From NCBI GenBank assembly GCA_963718915.1, contig CAVRAI010000001.1:120001-152000 (forward strand): a stretch of DNA of 32,000 nt, given 5' to 3'. This DNA is from an uncultured Chloroflexia bacterium (lineage in GTDB: Bacteria; Chloroflexota; Ktedonobacteria; Ktedonobacterales; JADMIN01). This document shows positions 7,531 to 15,320 of this stretch, piece after piece. The position numbers and the translations under genes are program-made. Positions within the stretch are counted from its first letter, which is position 1. Every line of letters starts with the position of its first letter. The notes beneath the pieces are model-generated. The model worked only from the letters and a program-made list of their open reading frames with translations, made no database searches and had not been told where the DNA came from.

Positions 7531-7706
7531 CGCGGGCGGTTAAAACCGCGCCTTGAGGGCCTGCGGCCACCAAGTCCGCCTGCGCGGACTTCCCCGACCG
7601 TATCCCTACAGGGTTCCCACTGGCGAGCGGTCTGCGCAACCCGCGCAGGCGGGTTTCGTGGCGGAGCGTGCGCAGCAGGTGCAGCAGGCGAGGCCCTCAA
7701 GGCGCG
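7531..7706. other. Structured intergenic element: 16-bp perfect long-range inverted repeat enclosing several perfect hairpins
   Basis: CGCGCCTTGAGGGCCT (7547-7562) pairs with AGGCCCTCAAGGCGCG (7691-7706). Internal hairpins are AAGTCCGC-ctgc-GCGGACTT (7572-7591) and AACCCGC-gcag-GCGGGTT (7638-7655). There is also GCGGTT-aa-AACCGC (7536-7549). Confidence 0.5.
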
Positions 7707-7797
7707 ACTTCAGTCGCCAGCCGCCGTGGCTGTTCGTCGAAATTCTACAACCACATCAAGGCCGGGACTGCCACCATACATCGCTGCACGCTAGCCG

Positions 7798-8391
7798 CTA
7801 TTCGCGCGCCTCTCTCGCCGCGCCTCTGCTGGGCCAGAGCGCATCCGATATGACAATATAGGTAGAGGTTCCTATCAGACCCACCCCCAGATCGCCGATG
7901 CTATCCCACGCCCCGCGCACATTGTGCGTGCCAAAGAAGACATCGGTGAGGATTTCTTGCGCCTCCAGCAGCCCGTGGATTCCGTTGGCGACGCCATAGG
8001 CGGCCAGCGGCTGCATACCGAATGCGTTGAGCAGCACCGCGGCCAGAGCGCCGGAGCCGTGACCGTGGGGAATGAGGTCGAAGTGCTTGTAGCGATCATA
8101 GAGATCGAAGAAGTTGCCCGCCATATCGAGCCAGAAGATCGAGAGGAAGAGATCATCGGACCAGATGGGATAGCGACGCCAGCCTGGCCGCTTGCCCGGT
8201 CGTCGGCGCTGCCAGAGGTAGAGCAGCGGGAAGGTGAGGCTGAGGCTGCCGACGACAAGCAGATTGCGAATTGGGATAGCCTTGCCCTCATAGCGCGGGT
8301 CGTGCGGATGGCGCAGCGTATCCACGAGAAACGCGACGATGCTGGCCCGCAGGAGCGCGTTGAGCGCGATTCCCATCACACGGCGCTTCAT
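7798..8391 (-). CDS. Hypothetical integral membrane protein
   Basis: Track ORF 7798..8475 trimmed to the ATG at 8391 (GGGAGGAG SD), 16 nt after the GNAT stop. Several hydrophobic segments. No family recognised. Confidence 0.6.
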   Translation of the reverse strand: MKRRVMGIALNALLRASIVAFLVDTLRHPHDPRYEGKAIPIRNLLVVGSLSLTFPLLYLWQRRRPGKRPGWRRYPIWSDDLFLSIFWLDMAGNFFDLYDRYKHFDLIPHGHGSGALAAVLLNAFGMQPLAAYGVANGIHGLLEAQEILTDVFFGTHNVRGAWDSIGDLGVGLIGTSTYIVISDALWPSRGAAREARE

Positions 8392-8407
8392 CGTTCGCTC
8401 CTCCCGC

Positions 8408-9346
8408 TCATAATTCGCGGGCGAAGACCAGCATGATCTCGTCGTCGCCCTCATAGCCCGCGCCCGCCATCGCATCGCGCAGAATCAGCAGGTCGGGCAG
8501 CCAGAGTTCGACCCGCGCATAATTTTCGGAGGCAGCCTCGGCGCGTAGCGAGAGCGCCAGCCGCCCGATAGCGTCGGCCAGCCCATCGATATAGCGCACG
8601 GCGAGGGTTGGCGTGCTATCCCAATCCGGCGCGGTAGCCACTGGAATTGCCAGCGCCTGAATCGCGCCCCACTCCTCGATCAGCCGCACCTGGCCCGCCG
8701 CCAGATAGTCGCGCAGCAGCGGCTCGGTCAGCGCGCGCGCCTGCCAGTCAGCGTATTCCAGACCGCCGGTCAACGGCGCGAGATTCGACTGCACCAGCCA
8801 TGCCCATATCCGCTCGAAGTCATCCGGGCCAGGCCGTGTGGGCGTGGCGATTTCCACGGCGTCATCTGGCACGAGCGCTGGCCCGCGAAATCGCGCCATC
8901 TCCGCCACGCGGAGGAAGCCAAAGCGGGCGATCATCCCCTGCGAGGCAAGGTTATCGGATGAGGTCAGGAGCCGGGCGACGGTTGCCCCATGCTCGCGGG
9001 CGGCGACGAGCGCTCGCGAGGTCAGGACACGCCCGAAACCCTCGCGCCGGTAGACTGGATCAACGCGAATACCCTCCAGCCACGCCTCGTCGTCCGAGAC
9101 CATCCGCATATGATTGATGCCGACCGGCTGGCCATCGAGCAGCCCTACCAGCAAGACGCCGTTGTCGCCCTTGAGCCAGTCATCCCAGACATATTCGATG
9201 TAGTCGCCATCGCTCCAGGTGTGCGCGCAGAACGCCAGCACGACGTCGCGATCCTCCGTGCGCGCGGGCCGCACCTCCAGCGTCGCCTCGTGCCGGGAAT
9301 CTGGTCGAGTATCTGGCTGCTCTGGCTGCTCTTGTTCGTCCGCCAT
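8408..9346 (-). CDS. GNAT-family N-acetyltransferase (N-terminal GNAT domain plus C-terminal extension)
   Basis: Track ORF 8408..9355. The ATG at 9346 has AGGAGG 8 nt upstream. The motif A region reads IRVDPVYRREGFGRVLTSRAL. Confidence 0.8.
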   Translation of the reverse strand: MADEQEQPEQPDTRPDSRHEATLEVRPARTEDRDVVLAFCAHTWSDGDYIEYVWDDWLKGDNGVLLVGLLDGQPVGINHMRMVSDDEAWLEGIRVDPVYRREGFGRVLTSRALVAAREHGATVARLLTSSDNLASQGMIARFGFLRVAEMARFRGPALVPDDAVEIATPTRPGPDDFERIWAWLVQSNLAPLTGGLEYADWQARALTEPLLRDYLAAGQVRLIEEWGAIQALAIPVATAPDWDSTPTLAVRYIDGLADAIGRLALSLRAEAASENYARVELWLPDLLILRDAMAGAGYEGDDEIMLVFAREL

Positions 9347-9413
9347 CGTCGCCACCTCCTATTCATCTCATCAAAGCATACCCAACGGGGAGCAGGAGAT
9401 GCGAGAGCGCGAT

Positions 9414-10733
9414 TCAAGCGGTATGGACGAAGCCCAGCAGCGGAATGTCCATGGCCGAGGTCGTCAGCGTGACGCTGGACGATAGGCCGCCACCCATGCC
9501 GACACGCACCGCCGTCAGCGTGAATGGCCCGGCGCCCACCGCGCCAACGTCATTCCAGCCAGCGCTATCTTCGTTGGCTCCCTGCGCACTGCTGGCTACA
9601 ACCAGCGTCGAGCCGTCAGGCGACCACGCCACCGGATCGCCAGCAAGCGCGATGGGCGTCGCGGTATCATGCAGCGCATCGATCAGTTCATAGGGCGCTT
9701 TACCCTCGCCAAACTCGCCAGCGACGATGGCCTGGGTCGTGCCGGGTCGCCAGAGCAGCGAGGAGATGTTGCTCTGGGGGAGCAGCGACGTCAGATGATG
9801 GAGCGGCGTCACCGCGCCTGTCGTGTTGTTGATGAGCGCGGCCAGCGGCGTGAATGGCGTAATCGGAGCCTGCGTATCTTGCCCATCGTAGTACAGCGTC
9901 CAGTGGCCACCGGGTAGCACGCTGAAGGTTCCCTGGTAGCCATAGCCGCGCAGCGTAGCGATTGGCCGTACCTGATTGGTCGTCACATCCACGCTCGACA
10001 GCATGACCCACGTCCCCGCGCTCGGAGCTGGCGTGGCGAGAGCATGTGTCCCCGGTGTGCCTGATCTGTCGGGAAATTGTGCGATGGCGACGTGGGTCGC
10101 GTCAATCCAGCCGAAGGGGCCATCCAACGGCGGAATTTTGGCGAGCGATGTCGTATCCTGCGGGGTATAGAGCGCTGCCCGTGTCGCCACATTGATGCAC
10201 AGCACATCGCCGGAACCACGGAGCGCGAGATAGCGCTGACCAGGCGACCAACTGATGTCGGAATCACCGACGCCTTTCACATCAGTGGCGCTACGCACGC
10301 CCGATGCGGCGTCAATCGTCGTGACCTGCGCATACTCAAAGTAGGCGAGATGCCTGCCATCAGGGGATGCGCCAGCGGTCCAGAGACCCTCTAGGGGAAA
10401 TCCCACCAGTGGGATCGGCGTGCCAGCCAGGTTTGTCCTGCCATCCAGGCTGACGACATGCAGCAGAGAGTCCGGGCCGATATAGGCAACGCGCGGATCG
10501 CTAAAGGCGGGCAATGGTCGCGGCGAGGGATTGGCAGGTGGCGTCACGGTTGGCATACCCTTGCGAGGATCGACTCCATGCCATTTGGCGGGCAGCGTGG
10601 CGGTTGGACTCGCGCCAGACTGGCCGACCGACGATCCGCCGGGCGCTCCGCAGGCGACAAGCGCCAGCAGCCCCACAGCCAGCAGCGCGCGATAGAGCAT
10701 CCGCGCTCGTTCCGCCGGGTATCTCTTCGTCAT
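9414..10733 (-). CDS. Lipoprotein with PD40/TolB-like beta-propeller repeats
   Basis: Track ORF 9414..10802 trimmed to the ATG at 10733 (GAGGAGAA SD). Signal peptide with lipobox LLALVAC. Repeated SPDG-type motifs (ASPDGRHLAY, WSPGQRYLAL, WSPDGSTLVV). Confidence 0.65.
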   Translation of the reverse strand: MTKRYPAERARMLYRALLAVGLLALVACGAPGGSSVGQSGASPTATLPAKWHGVDPRKGMPTVTPPANPSPRPLPAFSDPRVAYIGPDSLLHVVSLDGRTNLAGTPIPLVGFPLEGLWTAGASPDGRHLAYFEYAQVTTIDAASGVRSATDVKGVGDSDISWSPGQRYLALRGSGDVLCINVATRAALYTPQDTTSLAKIPPLDGPFGWIDATHVAIAQFPDRSGTPGTHALATPAPSAGTWVMLSSVDVTTNQVRPIATLRGYGYQGTFSVLPGGHWTLYYDGQDTQAPITPFTPLAALINNTTGAVTPLHHLTSLLPQSNISSLLWRPGTTQAIVAGEFGEGKAPYELIDALHDTATPIALAGDPVAWSPDGSTLVVASSAQGANEDSAGWNDVGAVGAGPFTLTAVRVGMGGGLSSSVTLTTSAMDIPLLGFVHTA

Positions 10734-10857
10734 AGCTATTCGTTCTCCTCGCATACAGCGAAACACCTGTCGCCATTCCCGGTCGTGGCGTGGGTCATCC
10801 ATCCATACCTATGAGACGATATCCACTAAGCTACCTGTTTTTCGCCGCATACCACTC

Positions 10858-10916
10858 TTGCGTTAGGTGGGGCCACTGTGCTACTATTGAGAACGTTCTC
10901 AATGAGAATATTCTCA
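10858..10916 (+). promoter_or_regulatory. zur-ZIP promoter with two adjacent perfect palindromes (Fur-family box candidates)
   Basis: TTGCGT (10858-10863), 18-nt spacer, TGcTACTAT (extended -10, 10879-10887). This is followed by TTGAGAACGTTCTCAA (10887-10902) and TGAGAATATTCTCA (10903-10916), 20 nt before the zur ATG. Confidence 0.7.
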
Positions 10917-10936
10917 ATAACTGAGGGGCAGCAATC

Positions 10937-11389
10937 ATGAGCAATCCACTGGAGGACGCGGGCTACCGGCTGACGGAGCCACGTCGCCGTGTGATGGAGG
11001 CGTTGCGAGAGGCGTCGGGGCCGCTGACGGCGCAGGATGTGGCCGAGCGAGCGGGCGCGAGCGTCGCCTCCACCTATCGCGTGTTGGCGCTGCTGGTGGA
11101 GCTTGGGCTGGTGAGCGAGACGCCCGACGACGGGGAGGCGCTGCCCGGCTGTGAGACGCGCGGACGCCACTACGCGCTCTGCACCGCGCTGGAGCATCAC
11201 CATCACTTCTTCTGCCGGTCGTGTCACGCGACGCTGGAGGTGTCGTGCGAGGCGGTGGAACAGGCGTTGACGCAGCTTGCGCAGGCAACGGGATTCCGAC
11301 TGGAACAACACGATATCATGCTGCGCGGGCAGTGTCCGGCATGCGCGCTGGCGACTGGCATGGGCGGCGCTAAAGGGGTACAGGCATGA
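10937..11389 (+). CDS. zur: Fur-family metalloregulator, probably Zur
   Basis: DNA-binding region GYRLTEPRRRVMEAL...LTAQDV, metal sites HHHHFFCRSC and GQCPAC. Translationally coupled (ATGA at 11386-11389) to a ZIP zinc transporter, hence the Zur assignment. Confidence 0.8.
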   Translation: MSNPLEDAGYRLTEPRRRVMEALREASGPLTAQDVAERAGASVASTYRVLALLVELGLVSETPDDGEALPGCETRGRHYALCTALEHHHHFFCRSCHATLEVSCEAVEQALTQLAQATGFRLEQHDIMLRGQCPACALATGMGGAKGVQA

Positions 11390-12111
11390 TCGCGGCGCTG
11401 GTATCGCTCAGCACATTTTTCTCGACGCTCTTTGGCGGCCTCTTCGCGCTACGCCACAGCAAGCGGCTGCACCTCATCATGGGGTTCACGGCGGGCGTGC
11501 TGGTGGGGCTGGTCGCCTTTGACCTGCTCCCCGAAATCTTCGCGCAGGTTCACGAGCAAAACATCAACAGCGTTTTCCCGATGCTGGCGCTGGTGGGCGG
11601 GTTTCTGCTGTTCCACATCGCCGAAAAGAGCATGCTTATCCATCATGGCGACGCCGAGCAATATACCGATAACAAGCGCCCGACCGTTGGGCTGCTCTCG
11701 GCGCTGGCGCTTTCGGGCCACAGCTTTCTCGATGGCGTCGGCATCGGCCTGGGCTTCCAGGTCAACGCGGCGGTGGGCATTGTCGTCGCCATCGCGGTCG
11801 TCGCCCACGACTTCTCCGACGGGCTGAATACAGTCACACTGATGCTCATCAACCGCAATACCAATCGTCGCGCCTTCGGTCTCTTGCTAGTCGATGCCGT
11901 CGCGCCGGTGCTTGGCGCGCTCTCGACGCTGCTTTTCACGATTCCCGCAGCCTGGCTGCCGATCTATCTGGGATTCTTCGCGGGCTTCCTGCTCTATATC
12001 GGCGCCAGCGATATCCTGCCTGAGGCGCATAGTGAGCGCAGCACGCCAACCACGCTGCTGCTGACGGTCCTCGGCGCGACCTTCGCCTTCCTGGTCACCC
12101 GCTTCGTGTAA
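11386..12111 (+). CDS. ZIP-family divalent metal (zinc) transporter, ZupT-like
   Basis: 241 aa and polytopic. Motifs GHSFLDGVGIGLGF and AVVAHDFSDGL are characteristic of ZIP/ZupT permeases. Confidence 0.85.
   Translation: MIAALVSLSTFFSTLFGGLFALRHSKRLHLIMGFTAGVLVGLVAFDLLPEIFAQVHEQNINSVFPMLALVGGFLLFHIAEKSMLIHHGDAEQYTDNKRPTVGLLSALALSGHSFLDGVGIGLGFQVNAAVGIVVAIAVVAHDFSDGLNTVTLMLINRNTNRRAFGLLLVDAVAPVLGALSTLLFTIPAAWLPIYLGFFAGFLLYIGASDILPEAHSERSTPTTLLLTVLGATFAFLVTRFV
12079..12110. repeat. Left copy of a 32-bp perfect direct repeat (38 bp with 2 mismatches from 12073)
   Basis: ACCTTCGCCTTCCTGGTCACCCGCTTCGTGTA is identical at 12079-12110 and 12889-12920. The left copy forms the 3' end of the ZIP gene. 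Confidence 0.95.
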
Positions 12112-12211
12112 CGGGGGGAAGCGTAACTGCTACATCGCTGCTGGTTGTGAGATACTGATGTCACTTATGTCACTCAACAGTAGGCCATTAGCCTCCTGAA
12201 AGATTGGTTCT

Positions 12212-12442
12212 ATGACTACAGAAGAAATCACTCTTCGAGTAACTCCAGAGGCTGCCGAGGCGTTCCGGCGAGCGTCGCCTGCGGATCAACTGAAACTCGA
12301 AACGCTTGTGAGCCTTCAGTTACTGGCAAAGCTCCAGCCGCCACGCCCACTGGACGAAATCATCGAAGATATCAGCAAACATGCGCAGGAAGCGGGCCTC
12401 ACGCCAGAACTGCTTGAAGAGTTACTTCGTGACGACGCCTGA
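12212..12442 (+). CDS. Small antitoxin-like protein (paralog of 638..904)
   Basis: 76 aa, collinear similarity to the 638..904 product. Sits immediately upstream of, and overlapping, the PIN gene. Confidence 0.7.
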   Translation: MTTEEITLRVTPEAAEAFRRASPADQLKLETLVSLQLLAKLQPPRPLDEIIEDISKHAQEAGLTPELLEELLRDDA

Positions 12443-12881
12443 GTCTAAAGACACCGTTCCACCGCAGGGATTACGTGTCGTTTGCGATACAAATGTGCTG
12501 GTGAGCGCTGTGATGTTTCCGCAGAGCGTTCCTGGCCGTGCGTTTGCCTATGCGCGTCATGCGGGAAAATTGTTGACGACTCCTGAGCTTGCCAGCGAAT
12601 TGCGAGACGTGCTTTTGCGCCCCAAGGTGGCTCGATATATAACAGGAGACCTGAGAGACGAATTCCTGGCGGCCTATCTCTCAATGGCTGAGTTCGTAGT
12701 GACAACCGAACAGATAACTGCCTGCCGCGATCCTAAAGATAATCATGTGCTGGAGGCAGCGATAGATGGGCAAGCAACATGCATTCTGAGTGGGGATAAA
12801 GACCTGCTGGTGCTGAACCCATTTCGAGACATTCCAATTCTCAGCCCAAGCGAGTTTCTTGGCGTCTATCTTCCATCGTGA
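12429..12881 (+). CDS. PIN-domain toxin (PIN_3/TIGR00305-like), intact copy
   Basis: Motifs VVCDTNVLVSAVMF, RDPKDNHVLEAA, LSGDKDLLVL and the terminal IPILSPSEFL. The track start is the ATG at 12381. An in-frame GTG at 12429 gives the usual short overlap with the antitoxin, so the start is uncertain. Confidence 0.8.
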   Translation: MTTPESKDTVPPQGLRVVCDTNVLVSAVMFPQSVPGRAFAYARHAGKLLTTPELASELRDVLLRPKVARYITGDLRDEFLAAYLSMAEFVVTTEQITACRDPKDNHVLEAAIDGQATCILSGDKDLLVLNPFRDIPILSPSEFLGVYLPS

Positions 12882-12888
12882 AGGCACA

Positions 12889-12920
12889 ACCTTCGCCTTC
12901 CTGGTCACCCGCTTCGTGTA
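12889..12920. repeat. Right copy of the 32-bp direct repeat
   Basis: Identical to 12079-12110. Contains the last 16 nt (including the stop) of the convergent LLM oxidoreductase gene, and a ZIP-frame ...TRFV-TAG ending. Confidence 0.95.
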
Positions 12921-13819
12921 GCATTGGCTCCTCGTGCCCTGGCCACCTGTTCGCGCACCGCTGGAATTACCTCGTTGGCGAAGCGCGCGACCTGCTCGGC
13001 AGGATCACCAGATGGGGCGAAGATGTAGGTGTCCATGCCCTGTTCGAGCGACAGTGCGGTCAGCTCATCCACCCACTGCTCCACTGGCCCATCCAGAAAG
13101 CCGCCAGAGAGGCCATCGCTGATGCGGCCCATCACGTTGTAGATGCGACGTACGGCGGCGGGGTCGCGCTCGGCGCTCTGGATGCCCTCATCAATAATCC
13201 GCTGCAATGCGGGCAGACGCTCCGGCGCCACATAGGCGGACGACGGAACCCAGCCGTCGGCCTTACGCCCAATCAGATTGAGCATCTTCGGGCCGGTCGC
13301 GCCAATCCAGATGCTAATGGGATGGGCGGGCTGTGGCCCAGGGTGTACCCCCGCCAGCGAATAGTATTGTCCTGTAAATCGGACGCCCCGCCGGTCGCTC
13401 CACATCAGCCGCAGCACCGTGATCGCCTCCTCCAGCGCCGCGAGCGCCTCACGCGGACTCCGCCGTGGGCCGCCCATCGCCACGATGGCATCCCAGAAAG
13501 CGCCCGCGCCCAGCCCCAGCTCAAAGCGCCCGCCACTCAGTATGTCGAGCGAGGCGGCCGCCTTCGCCAGAACAGCGGGCGGACGCAGCGGAAGGCTCGC
13601 GACATCGGGGAAGATGCGGACGCGCCGTGTCTGCGCCGCAATCGCAGCTAGCAACGTCCAGGTATCGAGAAAGCGGCGTTGATAGGGGTGATCCTGGATG
13701 CCTATCAGGTCAATGCCCTGGTCATCCACCTGGCGCGCCAGGCGCATCATGCCAGCAATATCGCTGGCGTCGGGAATCAGAAAATAGCCGAATTGGAGTG
13801 ATTGGCCATAGTCGGGCAT
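12905..13819 (-). CDS. LLM-class (luciferase-like) flavin/F420-dependent oxidoreductase
   Basis: 304 aa with AGGAGG SD. Motifs QFGYFL, IDLIGIQDHP and LSGGRFELGLGAGAF are typical of the luciferase-like monooxygenase class. Confidence 0.85.
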   Translation of the reverse strand: MPDYGQSLQFGYFLIPDASDIAGMMRLARQVDDQGIDLIGIQDHPYQRRFLDTWTLLAAIAAQTRRVRIFPDVASLPLRPPAVLAKAAASLDILSGGRFELGLGAGAFWDAIVAMGGPRRSPREALAALEEAITVLRLMWSDRRGVRFTGQYYSLAGVHPGPQPAHPISIWIGATGPKMLNLIGRKADGWVPSSAYVAPERLPALQRIIDEGIQSAERDPAAVRRIYNVMGRISDGLSGGFLDGPVEQWVDELTALSLEQGMDTYIFAPSGDPAEQVARFANEVIPAVREQVARARGANATRSG

Positions 13820-13895
13820 AGGGAACCTCCTGTGCGACCTGCTTTTCTAGCATCCTTGAGCTATCTTCGCACAAGCGATTCCCCGCTACAACAGC

Positions 13896-14471
13896 TCAGG
13901 GAAGCAGGCCAAGGTACTGCGCGAGGAAGTAGCCGAACGCCAGCAGACCAGCGCCAATGCAGTAATACGCGAAAGGGTCCAGCGATTGCGTCTCGAAGTA
14001 GCGCATGAGGAAGCGCACCGAGAGATACGCCGCCACGCCCGCAATCACGCCGCCGATGAGCGCGAGTACGAGGATCTGCGTGCCCGCGCCGAAGAGCTTG
14101 GGAATCTCGAGCAGTCCCGCCGCCAGGATGATAGGAGTGGCCAGCAGAAACGAGAAGCGCGCCGCCGACTCATGGCTTAGCCCAATGCTCATGCCGGCGA
14201 CCATCGTGATGCCGGAGCGCGAGATACCTGGGAAAAGCGCCAGCGACTGCGCCAGGCCAATCAGCGCCGCCTGCACAAAGCTCATCTCCTGCAATGACTG
14301 ATCGAACTCGGCGTCATCCACCGCACGAACTGGGTCACCAGCGGACTGATAGGCGCCGCCTTGCAGCGCGGTCGCACCGAGGGTTACGCCACTTTTGTTG
14401 ATGGATTGCGCGTGGATGAAGCGTTGACGCCGGGTCAGGCGCTCGGCGGCGAGCAGCACCGCGCCATTCAT
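13896..14471 (-). CDS. uppP: Undecaprenyl-diphosphate phosphatase, C-terminal half (split gene)
   Basis: Contains the second UppP signature LFPGISRSGITMVAG and the C-terminal TM helices. Its ATG overlaps the stop of the upstream half (ATGA at 14471-14468). Confidence 0.8.
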   Translation of the reverse strand: MNGAVLLAAERLTRRQRFIHAQSINKSGVTLGATALQGGAYQSAGDPVRAVDDAEFDQSLQEMSFVQAALIGLAQSLALFPGISRSGITMVAGMSIGLSHESAARFSFLLATPIILAAGLLEIPKLFGAGTQILVLALIGGVIAGVAAYLSVRFLMRYFETQSLDPFAYYCIGAGLLAFGYFLAQYLGLLP

Positions 14472-14869
14472 GCGAGAAACGCCGCCGCCAGAATAGGCGC
14501 GCCAAAGAGCGCCTCGAGTTTGGTCTGGAAAAGCACGCCAATGAGACCGGCGGGCAACGTCCCGACAATCACGAGCGCCAACTGGCGTCCGTAGCCATGT
14601 GGATCGACATCCGGGGTAAATCTTCCCGCGATAAGCACCTTCACCCCGCCTTGTAGCAGATGCACCCAGTCGCGCCAGAAGAATGTCAGCAGCGCCAGCG
14701 CGGTGCCCAGGTGCAGTGTGACGACCAGCGGCAGAAAGGTGTCGCTGCGCAATAGATCGCCCCAGCCTAACAGCCCTGGGATGATGACAGTATGGCCGAG
14801 ACTGCTGACGGGAAAAAGCTCGGCGACGCCCTGCAGAAGGGCCAGAAGCACTACACGCACAGGATCCAT
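14468..14869 (-). CDS. uppP: Undecaprenyl-diphosphate phosphatase, N-terminal half (split gene)
   Basis: Contains the first UppP signature ELFPVSSLGH. Ends ...GAPILAAAFLA-stop exactly where full-length UppP continues with the helix found at the start of the next ORF (MNGAVLLAAERL). Confidence 0.8.
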   Translation of the reverse strand: MDPVRVVLLALLQGVAELFPVSSLGHTVIIPGLLGWGDLLRSDTFLPLVVTLHLGTALALLTFFWRDWVHLLQGGVKVLIAGRFTPDVDPHGYGRQLALVIVGTLPAGLIGVLFQTKLEALFGAPILAAAFLA

Positions 14870-14916
14870 TAGGACAATCCTTTAAACTGGCTATCGGCGC
14901 TAATTAGTAACGACAA

Positions 14917-15126
14917 CTACGAAGACGCTTTGGAGTTGGCGGCGAACCGCGCTCCGACGAGGGCGACGATAGCCAGGGCGAAGAAGACGATGGAGTGTTT
15001 GATATGCTGCGCCTGCGGTGGATCGGCGAGAACGTGGTTGATGCCGGGAATGAGGTAATAGATGCCGAGCGCAACGCAGACGAGAAAGATGATGCCGCCG
15101 ATGAGATACGCCGTCGAGGGCTTCAC
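14917..15126 (-). CDS. Small hypothetical membrane protein (two TM helices)
   Basis: Track ORF 14917..15213 trimmed to the in-frame GTG at 15126 (AAAGGA upstream). Hydrophobic stretches AYLIGGIIFLVCVALGIYYLI and SIVFFALAIVALVGA. Weak call. Confidence 0.35.
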   Translation of the reverse strand: MKPSTAYLIGGIIFLVCVALGIYYLIPGINHVLADPPQAQHIKHSIVFFALAIVALVGARFAANSKASS

Positions 15127-15320
15127 GGATAATCGTCCTTTCTTGACATCGTGGGCATGAAGGCATGAGGCGCAGTGCGCCACGCCCGCCGACGATGCTG
15201 GAGAGCGACACATGGAACCGCGTCAATCACGGTATTCCCCCTATGCCGCTCTACAGACGATACCGGAGCAAGGTTAAGAAAGTGTTAAAAAGCTGTGCAG
15301 GTCATGGCGCCGTGGCAGCG

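Noticed and set aside
7519-7861. Track ORFs (91, 102 and 61 aa) across the structured spacer
   Set aside because: These are low-complexity Arg/Ala/Pro/Gly translations of stem-loop DNA, with no SD, lying between two convergent stops.
638-12881. The two TA modules as ends of a 12-kb composite mobile element
   Set aside because: The copies are diverged at the DNA level, and the intervening genes are high-GC housekeeping-type. Only the second module has junction repeats, and those bracket that module alone.
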